A stretch of 64,000 nt of DNA, taken from NCBI GenBank assembly GCA_035763745.1, contig DASUAO010000054.1:5373-69372 (forward strand), in the 5' to 3' direction. This DNA comes from Acidimicrobiia bacterium (GTDB taxonomy: Bacteria; Actinomycetota; Acidimicrobiia; IMCC26256; PALSA-555). A program made the position numbers and the translations under genes. Shown here piece after piece: positions 38,072-46,283 of the stretch (within the stretch, counting starts at the first letter, position 1; each line of letters starts with the position of its first letter). The notes below the pieces were generated by a model. That model was not told the origin of the DNA and ran no database searches. It saw only the letters and a list, made by a program, of their open reading frames with translations.

Positions 38072-38085
38072 GGAACACGCGTTCG
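38072..38085. promoter_or_regulatory. LexA box GGAACacgcGTTCG
   Basis: Perfect core at 38073-84. Confidence 0.7.
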
Positions 38086-38097
38086 GGACCTCCCCCT

Positions 38098-38142
38098 CCA
38101 GCAAGGCCCGCACCCAGCAAGGCCCGCACCCAGCAAGGCCGG
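38098..38142. repeat. 15-bp tandem repeat CCAGCAAGGCCCGCA x2 plus one degenerate copy
   Basis: Read directly at 38098-112, 38113-127 and 38128-142 (the last copy ends GGAC). Confidence 0.9.
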
Positions 38143-38287
38143 ACCGACCCGACGCCGTTGTCATCGCTCGACTGTCACACCCGGGTGGTCCCATCTCCGG
38201 GTGGACGCACGACGCCAGATCCCACCAGTCCCAGACCGCCCTGCTCGGGTCCCGGCGACCCGAGCCCAGACCCAGGAATCGCACCAG

Positions 38288-38731
38288 ATGGCTGCCGTCA
38301 CGACCGTCCCCGGCTTCGGAGTGGCAACGGGTCCCGCAACCCGTCGCTGCACGCCGCGCGCTGCCACGCGCGGTCGCCGGTGTTCGCCCACCACGTACCG
38401 GCGCCGCCGCATGGCGGCGCTGCTCGTGTCGGTGGGCCTCGTGGTCGTGGCCGCACAGGCGGGTGCTGCGCTCGGGGGCTCCTCCCTCGCTGCTTCCGAG
38501 CGCCGCCCGACCTCGCAGCCCGGCACCGCGCCGGGCGCCCCGGAGGCCGACACGGCCGGCCTCCGGGAGGTCCCCGGCCGGGAGGTCGTCGTCCGTCCCG
38601 GCGACACGCTGTGGGCCATCGCGGTCCGCCTGGCGCCCGACGAGGACCCGCGTCCACTCGTCGACGAGCTCATGGCGGCCCGCGACGGTGCACCGCTCGA
38701 GCCCGGCGAGGTCATCGTCGTCCCGGCCTGA
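38288..38731 (+). CDS. LysM-domain membrane protein, ChiZ/DivS-like (SOS-linked cell-wall/division factor candidate)
   Basis: Arg-rich N-terminus, one TM segment (MAALLVSVGLVVVAAQAGAAL), and a C-terminal LysM domain (VVVRPGDTLWAIAVRLAP...LEPGEVIVVP). Its position between lexA and nrdR matches Rv2719c in M. tuberculosis. An alternative start exists at 38411. Confidence 0.7.
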   Translation: MAAVTTVPGFGVATGPATRRCTPRAATRGRRCSPTTYRRRRMAALLVSVGLVVVAAQAGAALGGSSLAASERRPTSQPGTAPGAPEADTAGLREVPGREVVVRPGDTLWAIAVRLAPDEDPRPLVDELMAARDGAPLEPGEVIVVPA

Positions 38732-38814
38732 GCCGTGCCCCGTGCGGATCGCCGGCCGGACCGCAGCGATGCGGTGTCACGGTCGTCCGCCCGACGGAGG
38801 GCTACCGTCGCGCG

Positions 38815-39297
38815 ATGCGCTGCCCGTACTGCGAAGCCGACGACGACAAGGTCGTGGACTCGCGCCCGGTCGACGGGGGCGGGTCGGTGCGACGGCGACG
38901 GGAGTGCCTCGGGTGCGGGCGCCGGTACACGACCCACGAACGACCCGTCGAGCTGCCGCTGATGGTGGTGAAGCGCTCGGGCCTCAAGGAGCCGTTCGAC
39001 CGGGCGAAGCTCATCGGCGGGATCGCCAAGGCCCTCGCCGACGGGGCCGCGTCGGCCGAGGCGCTCGACGTGATCGCCGCGGAGATCGAGGAGGATGCCC
39101 GCGCCGCGGGGCCCGAGGTCGCGACCGAGACCCTGGGCATGGCGGTGCTGGAACGGCTGCGGGTGCTCGACCCGATCTCGTACCTGCGCTTCGCGTCCGT
39201 CTACAAGGGCTTCGACGCGGTGGCGGACTTCGAGCGCGAGGTCGTCGCGCTCCGCAAGACCACGGCGCCGAAGCGGCGGCGGGGCCGCCCCGGATGA
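38815..39297 (+). CDS. nrdR: Transcriptional repressor NrdR
   Basis: Zinc ribbon MRCPYCEADDDKVVDSR...CLGCGRRYTTHE followed by an ATP-cone. Confidence 0.95.
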   Translation: MRCPYCEADDDKVVDSRPVDGGGSVRRRRECLGCGRRYTTHERPVELPLMVVKRSGLKEPFDRAKLIGGIAKALADGAASAEALDVIAAEIEEDARAAGPEVATETLGMAVLERLRVLDPISYLRFASVYKGFDAVADFEREVVALRKTTAPKRRRGRPG

Positions 39298-39367
39298 GCC
39301 GGATCGGCCGTCCGGAGCCGTTTCCCCCGGCTCCCCAGGATTTCTTCGCCTGTGGCCAAAGTGACCA

Positions 39368-39397
39368 TTGACACAGGTGGAATTTCAGTGGTGTAAT
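39368..39397 (+). promoter_or_regulatory. Near-consensus promoter TTGACA-N18-TGTAAT upstream of nrdJ
   Basis: -35 at 39368-73 and -10 at 39392-97, in a locally AT-rich patch. The spacer holds the imperfect palindrome ACAC-N16-GTGT (39371-94). Confidence 0.5.
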
Positions 39398-39427
39398 TCA
39401 CCCCGCATCTCGTAGGCAGGAGAGTAC

Positions 39428-39449
39428 GGACCACCAGATCTGGTGGTCC
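39428..39449. promoter_or_regulatory. Perfect 22-bp palindrome GGACCACCAGATCTGGTGGTCC, candidate NrdR operator
   Basis: The central CACCAGATCTGGTG fits the NrdR-box pattern caCwAnATnTwGtg. An extra half-site GGTGGTCC lies at 39458-65. The palindrome sits between the candidate promoter and nrdJ. Confidence 0.5.
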
Positions 39450-39592
39450 ATAGAGTTGGTGGTCCGCACTTCTCGGTCGTCGGGACGACAACATCCAGAC
39501 CAGGCCCAGCACCACCGCAGCACCCGCACCACGAAGCACCTGACCGCAGACGAGGCCGGCCCCGCGCCGACCGCAGGAGAGAGGAACCACGC

Positions 39593-42500
39593 ATGGCGAT
39601 TGCGCCGGAGCAGATCGGCATCGGGATCCGCCGATACTTCACCCAGCCCGGAGTGCACCCCTACGACACCGTCGAGTGGGAGCAGCGCGACGCCAGGATC
39701 CAGAACTTCAAGGACGGCACCGACGCCTTCCTCCAGACCGAGGTCGAGTTCCCCGTCGCCTGGTCGCAGAACGCGACGAACATCGTCGCCCAGAAGTACT
39801 TCCGCGGGACGCTCGGCACCGACGAGCGCGAGTCGTCACTCAAGCAGGTGATCGACCGCGTCACCGACACGATCACCAGGTGGGGCGTGCGCGACGGCTA
39901 CTTCGTCGACGAGCAGGAGGGCGCCGCCTTCCGCAACGAGCTCAAGTACGTCCTGTTGCACCAGCGCGCCGCGTTCAACTCGCCGGTGTGGTTCAACATC
40001 GGCGTGAAGGGGGTTCCGAAGCAGGCATCGGCGTGCTTCATCCTCGCGGTCGAGGACACGATGGACGGCATCCTCAACTGGTACCGGGAGGAGGGGACGA
40101 TCTTCAAGGGCGGTTCGGGCTCGGGGATCAACCTCTCCAACATCCGCTCGTCGCGCGAGCACCTCGCGGGCGGCGGCACCGCGAGCGGACCGGTGAGCTT
40201 CATGCGCGGCGCCGACGCGTCGGCCGGAACGATCAAGAGCGGGGGCAAGACCCGCCGCGCGGCGAAGATGGTCATCCTCAACGTCGACCACCCCGACGTC
40301 GAGGAGTTCATCTGGTGCAAGGCCCGTGAGGAGCGCAAGGCCCGTGTCCTCAAGGAGGCCGGCTTCGACATGGACCTCGACGGGATCGACTCGCACTCCA
40401 TCCAGTACCAGAACGCGAACAACTCGGTGCGCGTCACCGACGAGTTCATGAACGCCGTCGTCGAGGACACCGACTGGGACCTCACGGCGGTGAAGAGCGA
40501 CGAGTCACTCAAGACCGTGCGCGCGCGCGACATCATGCGCGCGATCGCCGAGGCCGCCTGGGAGTGCGCTGACCCCGGGATGCAGTACGACACCACGATC
40601 AACGCGTGGCACACCGCACCCAACACCGGCCGCATCAACGCGTCCAACCCGTGCTCGGAGTACATGCACCTCGACAACTCCGCGTGCAACCTGTCGAGCA
40701 TCAACCTGCTCGAGTACCTCAACAACGACGGCTCGTTCGACATCGAGGGCTTCGAGCACACGGTCGAGGTGATGTTCACGGCGCAGGAGATCCTCGTGGG
40801 CAACGCCGACTACCCGACCGAGGCGATCGGCGACAACAGCCGCAAGTTCCGCCAGCTCGGCCTCGGCTACGCGAACCTCGGCGCGCTCCTCATGGCCCAG
40901 GGCCTCGCGTACGACTCCGACGAGGGCCGCGCCTGGGCGGGCGCCATCACCGCGCTCCTGACCGGGCACGCCTACGCCACGAGCGCGCGCACCGCGGGCA
41001 GGATGGGCCCGTTCGCCGGCTTCGCCGAGAACTCCGAGCCGATGCTCGAGGTGCTGCGCAAGCATCGCCGGGAGACCGCGAGCATCGACGAGGACCTCGT
41101 CCCGGTCGAGCTGCTCAGCGCCGCGCAGCGCTCCTGGGACGAGGCCGTCGAGGTCGGCGAGATCCACGGCGTGCGCAACTCCCAGGCGTCCGTGCTGGCA
41201 CCGACGGGCACGATCGGCCTGATGATGGACTGCGACACCACCGGCATCGAGCCCGACCTCGCGCTCACCAAGTCGAAGAAGCTGGTGGGTGGGGGGACGA
41301 TGCTGATCGTCAACCAGACGATCCCGCGGGCGCTCCGCAAGCTCGGGTACTCGGGCGAGCAGGCCGATGCGATCGTCGCGCACATCAACGAGCACAAGTC
41401 CATCCTCGGTGCGCCGCACTTCAAGGAAGAGCACCTGCCGGTGTTCGCGTGCTCCATGGGCGACAACACGATCCACTACACGGGCCACGTGAAGATGATG
41501 GCGGCGGTCCAGCCGTTCATCTCGGGAGCGATCTCGAAGTGCGTCACCGGCGACACGCTGGTGACCACCTCCGACGGGCTCGTGCGGATCGGGTCGCTCC
41601 ATCGCGGTGAGTCGGCCGACAGCTTCCGCAACGAGATCCTCGAGGTCGCGTCGCTCGACGGCACGCAGAAGACCGACGCCTTCTACTACGGCGGGCACCG
41701 CCAGGTGCGCGAGGTCACGCTGCGGTCGGGCCACCGCGTGCAGGCGACCCCCAACCATCGGCTCCTCGTCGCTCGCGACGGTGGGCTCGACTGGGTGGCC
41801 ACCGAGGACCTCGAGCTCGGGGAGTGGGTTGCCGTCCAGTACGGCGACGACCTCTGGTCGACGCTTCCCGCGCGCTTCGACGACTTCACCCCGTACGCCG
41901 CGTACGGCAACCAGAAGTCGGTGCGGATCCCGACGGAGATGAGCGAGGAGCTCGCGTTCCTGCTCGGCGCGTACATCTCGGAGGGCCACACCACGCGCTC
42001 GAACTGGACGGTCACGATCACCAACTCGGTTCCGTCGGTCCTCGACCGCGTCGCGGCCGCGTGGCGCGACGAGTTCGGTGTGGAGGCAAGGCTCGAGGTC
42101 CGCGACAACCGCTGCGCCCAGGTGCATGCCTCGTCGAAGACGATCGTCGAGCTCCTCGAGCACCTCGGGTGTGGCGAACGGGCGTCGGAGAAGCGGATCC
42201 CCGACGTCGTCCTGCGCTCGCCGAAGGAGATGGTGCTCGCGTTCCTCCAGGGGCTCGCGCTCGACGCGTACGTGACGACCTCGACGGCACCCAAGTGGGC
42301 GATCTGCATGGACTCTCCAGGGCTGCTCGACGACCTCCAAGCGATCCTCACGAACCTGGGGATCGTCCACGGACGCGTCTCGAAGGCGAATCCGCAGTAC
42401 GCCAAGTCCTACGACGAGGTGTACGTGACCGGCGAGGATGCCCAGCAGCTCGTCGGGCTCGTCCCGTTCCTCGAGCCCGAGAAGGCCGAGCGGGCCGAGC

Positions 42501-43798
42501 GCCTGCTCGACCTGGCGATCCATCGCGCGCACGACACCGCCGACGTCGTCCCGGGCATCACACCTCGCGAGCTCTACGACCTCCTGCCGAAGGGTCGGCC
42601 GGGTCGGAGCGGGCGGGGCACCGGGGTCTCGCAGGAGTTCGCGTTCCTCTGCGACCCGCGCACCACGCATGTCACCCGGCGCACCGTCGAGCGGGTCGCC
42701 CGGGTCGGGGGAGTGCACCTCCCGACCTGGCTCCAGACGGTGCTCGTCGACAACCTGCACTTCAGCCCGGTCCAGGCGGTTCGAGACGGTGACGTCGTCG
42801 ACGTGTTCGACCTCTCGGTGCCGGCGACGCACGCCTTCGTCGGCAACGGCATCGTGAACCACAACACGGTCAACATGCCGGAGGAGGCGACGGTCGAGGA
42901 CGTCGAGGAGCTGTACCTCGAGGGATGGCGCCTCGGCCTGAAGGCCGTCGCCATCTACCGCGACAACTGCAAGGTCGGCCAGCCCCTCTCCACCCAGAAG
43001 AAGGCGAGCGCGGCCGCCGACCCGGGTGCCGCCACACCGACCGACACGGCGACGGCGGTCGTCGATGCGCTCACCCAGCAGGTCGAGCGCATCGTCGAGA
43101 CCGTGATCGTCCAGCAGCCGGTCCGCCAGAAGCTCGGGCGGGTCCGGAGCTCGAAGACGTTCTCGTTCCGGGTGGCCGACTGCCACGGGTACGCGACGGT
43201 CGGGGAGTTCGAGGACGGGCGTCCCGGCGAGGTGTTCCTGAAGGTCGCCAAGCAGGGCTCGACGCTCGCCGGGATCATGGACGCGTTCGCGATCTCGGTG
43301 AGCATGGGACTCCAGTACGGAGTGCCGCTGCGGGCGTTCGTCGAGAAGTTCACGAACATGCGCTTCGAGCCGGCCGGCATGACCGACGACCCGGACCTGC
43401 GGTTCGCGACGAGCCTCGTCGACTACATCTTCCGGCGCCTGGCGGTCGAGTACATGGACCCGCAGGAGCGGGCCGACCTCGGCGTGCTCACGGTGCACGA
43501 GCGGCTCGAGCCGACGTTGCCCGGCGTGGAGGAGGCGGCGACGCCCACCTCGAAGGGCCAGGACCTGCTCCCGCCCGAGGACCGTGCGCCGTCGGACTCG
43601 CTGTTCGACGCCCCGCCCGAGGTGTCCGAGCCGGTGGCCGAGGCGCCGGTCGCCGACGCGCCGGCACCGCCCGAGGCACCGCCGGCGCGCGCGATGGAGG
43701 CCGAGGTGGTGCTCTGCTACGTCTGCGGCGACATCATGCAGCGGGCGGGCTCGTGCCACGCCTGCCCGTCGTGCGGCGCCACGAGCGGCTGCTCGTAG
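39593..43798 (+). CDS. nrdJ: Class II (adenosylcobalamin-dependent) ribonucleotide reductase, interrupted by an intein
   Basis: Motifs: YDTVEWEQRDARI, NATNIVAQKYFRG, ACFIL, NPCSEYMHLDNSACNLSSINL and a C-terminal Cys-rich zinc ribbon (CYVCGDIMQRAGSCHACPSCG). 1401 aa in total, about 959 aa without the intein. Confidence 0.9.
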   Translation: MAIAPEQIGIGIRRYFTQPGVHPYDTVEWEQRDARIQNFKDGTDAFLQTEVEFPVAWSQNATNIVAQKYFRGTLGTDERESSLKQVIDRVTDTITRWGVRDGYFVDEQEGAAFRNELKYVLLHQRAAFNSPVWFNIGVKGVPKQASACFILAVEDTMDGILNWYREEGTIFKGGSGSGINLSNIRSSREHLAGGGTASGPVSFMRGADASAGTIKSGGKTRRAAKMVILNVDHPDVEEFIWCKAREERKARVLKEAGFDMDLDGIDSHSIQYQNANNSVRVTDEFMNAVVEDTDWDLTAVKSDESLKTVRARDIMRAIAEAAWECADPGMQYDTTINAWHTAPNTGRINASNPCSEYMHLDNSACNLSSINLLEYLNNDGSFDIEGFEHTVEVMFTAQEILVGNADYPTEAIGDNSRKFRQLGLGYANLGALLMAQGLAYDSDEGRAWAGAITALLTGHAYATSARTAGRMGPFAGFAENSEPMLEVLRKHRRETASIDEDLVPVELLSAAQRSWDEAVEVGEIHGVRNSQASVLAPTGTIGLMMDCDTTGIEPDLALTKSKKLVGGGTMLIVNQTIPRALRKLGYSGEQADAIVAHINEHKSILGAPHFKEEHLPVFACSMGDNTIHYTGHVKMMAAVQPFISGAISKCVTGDTLVTTSDGLVRIGSLHRGESADSFRNEILEVASLDGTQKTDAFYYGGHRQVREVTLRSGHRVQATPNHRLLVARDGGLDWVATEDLELGEWVAVQYGDDLWSTLPARFDDFTPYAAYGNQKSVRIPTEMSEELAFLLGAYISEGHTTRSNWTVTITNSVPSVLDRVAAAWRDEFGVEARLEVRDNRCAQVHASSKTIVELLEHLGCGERASEKRIPDVVLRSPKEMVLAFLQGLALDAYVTTSTAPKWAICMDSPGLLDDLQAILTNLGIVHGRVSKANPQYAKSYDEVYVTGEDAQQLVGLVPFLEPEKAERAERLLDLAIHRAHDTADVVPGITPRELYDLLPKGRPGRSGRGTGVSQEFAFLCDPRTTHVTRRTVERVARVGGVHLPTWLQTVLVDNLHFSPVQAVRDGDVVDVFDLSVPATHAFVGNGIVNHNTVNMPEEATVEDVEELYLEGWRLGLKAVAIYRDNCKVGQPLSTQKKASAAADPGAATPTDTATAVVDALTQQVERIVETVIVQQPVRQKLGRVRSSKTFSFRVADCHGYATVGEFEDGRPGEVFLKVAKQGSTLAGIMDAFAISVSMGLQYGVPLRAFVEKFTNMRFEPAGMTDDPDLRFATSLVDYIFRRLAVEYMDPQERADLGVLTVHERLEPTLPGVEEAATPTSKGQDLLPPEDRAPSDSLFDAPPEVSEPVAEAPVADAPAPPEAPPARAMEAEVVLCYVCGDIMQRAGSCHACPSCGATSGCS
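41540..42865 (+). mobile_element. Intein (442 aa) with LAGLIDADG homing endonuclease domain
   Basis: Inserted in GAISK|TVNMP. Starts CVTGDTLVTTSDGLVRIG, with block B TPNHRLL. LAGLIDADG-like motifs are LAFLLGAYISEGHT and VLAFLQGLALDAYV. It ends VGNGIVNHN, followed by Thr at +1. Confidence 0.9.
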
Positions 43799-43809
43799 CG
43801 GCTCTCGGC

Positions 43810-43839
43810 ACCGGTCTCCGTCAGGCGACGGGGACCGGT
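43810..43839 (+). terminator. Hairpin after nrdJ
   Basis: ACCGGTCTCCGTC-AGGC-GACGGGGACCGGT (one mismatch), starting 12 nt after the stop. Confidence 0.45.
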
Positions 43840-43883
43840 CCGAGGCCCAGGCGGGCCCGAACCTCGGGGCGGCGCAGTGGTGG

Positions 43884-44273
43884 CTACGCCGAGCGCGACC
43901 AGGGGGTCTCGGGGCGCTCCTGGGCCTCACCGTCGATCGAGACGTCGACCCGCTCGTCGTAGAAGCAGATCAGGTCCCGGATCCGGTCGGCGCTCTCGAT
44001 CGGCCGTTCGTAGCTCCAGGCCAGGTCCCGGTGCTCGGTGTCGCCGATCCGGAGGGTCCAGTACGACGCCTGCCCCTTGAACGGGCAGACGGTCTCGGTG
44101 GTCGTGGCGTCGAGCAGGTCCATCCGCACGTCGGCGCGTGGGAAGTAGTGACGGACCGGGAGCCCGGTCTCGAGCATCCCGACCGTGGCCGACGAGTCGG
44201 CGATCGCGACACCGTCGAGACTGACGACGATCCGGCGGCTGTCCTCGTCGAACCCGAGTGCGTGTCCTTCCAT
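43884..44273 (-). CDS. DUF427 domain protein
   Basis: 129 aa containing VRHYFPRADV...CPFKGQASYW...AWSYERP, characteristic of DUF427. Confidence 0.75.
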   Translation of the reverse strand: MEGHALGFDEDSRRIVVSLDGVAIADSSATVGMLETGLPVRHYFPRADVRMDLLDATTTETVCPFKGQASYWTLRIGDTEHRDLAWSYERPIESADRIRDLICFYDERVDVSIDGEAQERPETPWSRSA

Positions 44274-44317
44274 GCGAGCCAGTGTACGTGCGGCGCATCG
44301 CGCGCCACGATGGGCCG

Positions 44318-44427
44318 GTGCAACGCGTCGCGCTGGTCGGCAACTCGGGATCCGGGAAGACGACGCTCGCGTCCACCCTTGCCCGGCCCCTCGGTGTACC
44401 GCGCATCTCGACTTCGTCCGGCTCGGG
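44318..44427 (+). pseudogene. Possible remnant of a P-loop kinase / AAA ATPase gene
   Basis: VQRVALVGNSGSGKTTLASTLARPLGVP is a Walker A N-terminus. Similarity stops after about 35 residues, and the frame then runs antisense into the antiporter gene. Confidence 0.3.
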
Positions 44428-45660
44428 TCACCTCGGGCTGGCCTGCGCTTCCTCCGCTCCGTCGGCTGATCCCGCAGGTCGAGGTGCGGGCGCGCGACGC
44501 AGACGGTTCGTGATGGGGTCGGCGAACCGGGTGAGGACCGGACCGGCGATCGCGAGGATCAGCACGTAGGCGGCCGACAGCGGCACGAGGTCGGGCTCCA
44601 CTGACGCGCCGATCGCCAAACCCGCGATCACGATCGAGAACTCGCCGCGGGCGATGAGGATGCTCCCGGCGCGGACGCGACCTCGGGCCTGGATGCCCGC
44701 CCGGGCGGCCGCCCACCATCCGGTCCCGAACTTCGTGACTGCCGTGACGACCGCGAGCGCCGCCGCGGCGATCAACACCGGAGGAAGTGTCGCCGGGTCG
44801 ATGCGGAGGCTGAAGAGCACGAAGAAGATCGCCGCGAACAGGTCACGTAGCGGACCGATGAGGTTCGAGACGCGCTCCTGCACCGGCCCGGAGACCGCGA
44901 TCCCGACGAGGAACGCTCCCACCGCGGCGCTCACCTCCAGCGCCTGCGCGGCGCCGGCGACGAGCAGGGTCAGACCGAGCACTCCGAGGAGCAGCGCTTC
45001 GTCGGTCCGGGCGGCCACCGCTCGCGACACGTGCGAGCCGAACCGCAGGGCGATGACCAGGACGACGGCCGCCGTCGAGAGCGCCAGCACCACGGCCACC
45101 ACGGCTCGATCGAACGGCTCCGCCGCGAGCATCACGCCCACCACCGGGAGATAGGCCGCCATCACGAGATCCTCGATCACGAGGATCGTCAGGACGGTGG
45201 GTGTCTCACGGTTGCCGAGACGGCCGAGGTCGGTGAGCACCTTCGAGACCACGCCCGACGACGAGATGTAGGTGACGCCTGCGAGCAGGACCGCGGCGGT
45301 CGTGTCCCACCCGAGGAGCATCCCGGCAGCGAAGCCGGGAGAGGCGTTCGCGACCAGGTCCACGAGCCCGGCACGCCAGCCCGCGCGAAGGCTGTGCTCG
45401 AGCTCGGCCGGCGAGTACTCGAGTCCGAGGGTGAACAGCAAGAGGACGACGCCCAGCTCGGCGGCCACCTCCAGGAAGTCGCTCGAGAACGCGGGTGCGA
45501 CGATCCCGCCCTGCCCGAAGAGGAGCCCGGCGCCGACGTAGGCGGGGATGGGGCTCACGCCGAGGCGGTCGGACAGGCGCGCGAGCGCCGCGAGTCCCAG
45601 CGCGATGGCGCCCAGCTCGATGAGCGCGAGCCCGAGATCGCCGGAGGCGGCAGCGAGCAT
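44428..45660 (-). CDS. Cation:proton antiporter (CPA2 / Kef-type membrane subunit)
   Basis: 410-aa protein with about 12 TM segments and a Na+/H+ exchanger-family appearance (GAGLLFGQGG, LLLFTLGLEYS). Confidence 0.8.
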   Translation of the reverse strand: MLAAASGDLGLALIELGAIALGLAALARLSDRLGVSPIPAYVGAGLLFGQGGIVAPAFSSDFLEVAAELGVVLLLFTLGLEYSPAELEHSLRAGWRAGLVDLVANASPGFAAGMLLGWDTTAAVLLAGVTYISSSGVVSKVLTDLGRLGNRETPTVLTILVIEDLVMAAYLPVVGVMLAAEPFDRAVVAVVLALSTAAVVLVIALRFGSHVSRAVAARTDEALLLGVLGLTLLVAGAAQALEVSAAVGAFLVGIAVSGPVQERVSNLIGPLRDLFAAIFFVLFSLRIDPATLPPVLIAAAALAVVTAVTKFGTGWWAAARAGIQARGRVRAGSILIARGEFSIVIAGLAIGASVEPDLVPLSAAYVLILAIAGPVLTRFADPITNRLRRAPAPRPAGSADGAEEAQASPR

Positions 45661-46154
45661 CAGGCGCTACGCCGTTGCCCCAGGTGCTCGGCGAGCAGCG
45701 TGAGCCCCTCCGGTCGACCGACGGCGACGCACACGTCGCCGACCTGCATCACCGCGCCGGGGCCCGGTGCCGGGACAGCCGCGCCGTCCCTGATGATCGC
45801 GACGATCGAGACGCCCGTCTTCGTGTGGACGCCGGCATCGGCGAGCGACCGGCCCGCCCAGTCCGAGCCCGACTCCACGTCGACCCAGTCGATGCCGAGG
45901 CCGGCGACGTCCTGCTGGAGGGCGACGAGCTGCGCGGTCACGCGGGAGGCGCCGAGGAGCTCGGCCAGGGTGCGGGCGTCCTGGGTGTCGAGCCGGAGCG
46001 TCGAGATGCACGCGTCCGGATCGTCCTGGGAGTACACGAACAGTTCCCGGCGCCCCGTCCGGTGGACGAGGACACCGACCGGGTCTCCGGCGGCCGTCAT
46101 GAAGTCGTACCGCACGCCGGCGCCCGGCAGCTCGGTCTCGCGGATCTCGTCCAT
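45660..46154 (-). CDS. Antiporter regulatory subunit with TrkA-C domain (KhtT-like)
   Basis: ATG at 46154. MDEIRETELPGAGVRYDF and a C-terminal TrkA-C-like region (SIVAIIRDGAAVPAPGPGAVMQVGDVCVAVG). Its stop overlaps the antiporter start by 1 nt. Confidence 0.75.
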   Translation of the reverse strand: MDEIRETELPGAGVRYDFMTAAGDPVGVLVHRTGRRELFVYSQDDPDACISTLRLDTQDARTLAELLGASRVTAQLVALQQDVAGLGIDWVDVESGSDWAGRSLADAGVHTKTGVSIVAIIRDGAAVPAPGPGAVMQVGDVCVAVGRPEGLTLLAEHLGQRRSA

Positions 46155-46283
46155 CTCCGTGCTCCTTCGTCGGGCCTCGACCTGGTGCCCTAGCGTGCCA
46201 CGGCGGGCCGGGCTGGACCGAAGGCCCGAGAGGGCCCTAGCAATGGATGGACCGACGTCCGCCTCTGAACGCAGGAGCACCTG

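Noticed and set aside
38069-38287. Extended start (ATG 38069) for the LysM/ChiZ-like gene, immediately after the LexA boxes
   Set aside because: Third-position GC in this stretch is only about 67%, against more than 90% downstream, and it contains the 15-bp tandem repeat. An AGGAA lies in front of the ATG at 38288. This start is kept as an alternative in the finding.
37678-39297. 539-aa plus-strand ORF spanning the lexA upstream region to nrdR
   Set aside because: Only the last 160 codons (from ATG 38815) are NrdR. The upstream part is in a different frame from the LysM gene and is low-complexity. It overlaps the better-supported minus-strand small ORF.
39298-39592. Cobalamin riboswitch or other riboswitch in the nrdJ leader
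   Set aside because: I could not find the conserved B12-box or the multi-stem pattern by eye. The region is better explained by a promoter plus palindromic operator. A covariance-model scan would be needed to exclude a riboswitch formally.
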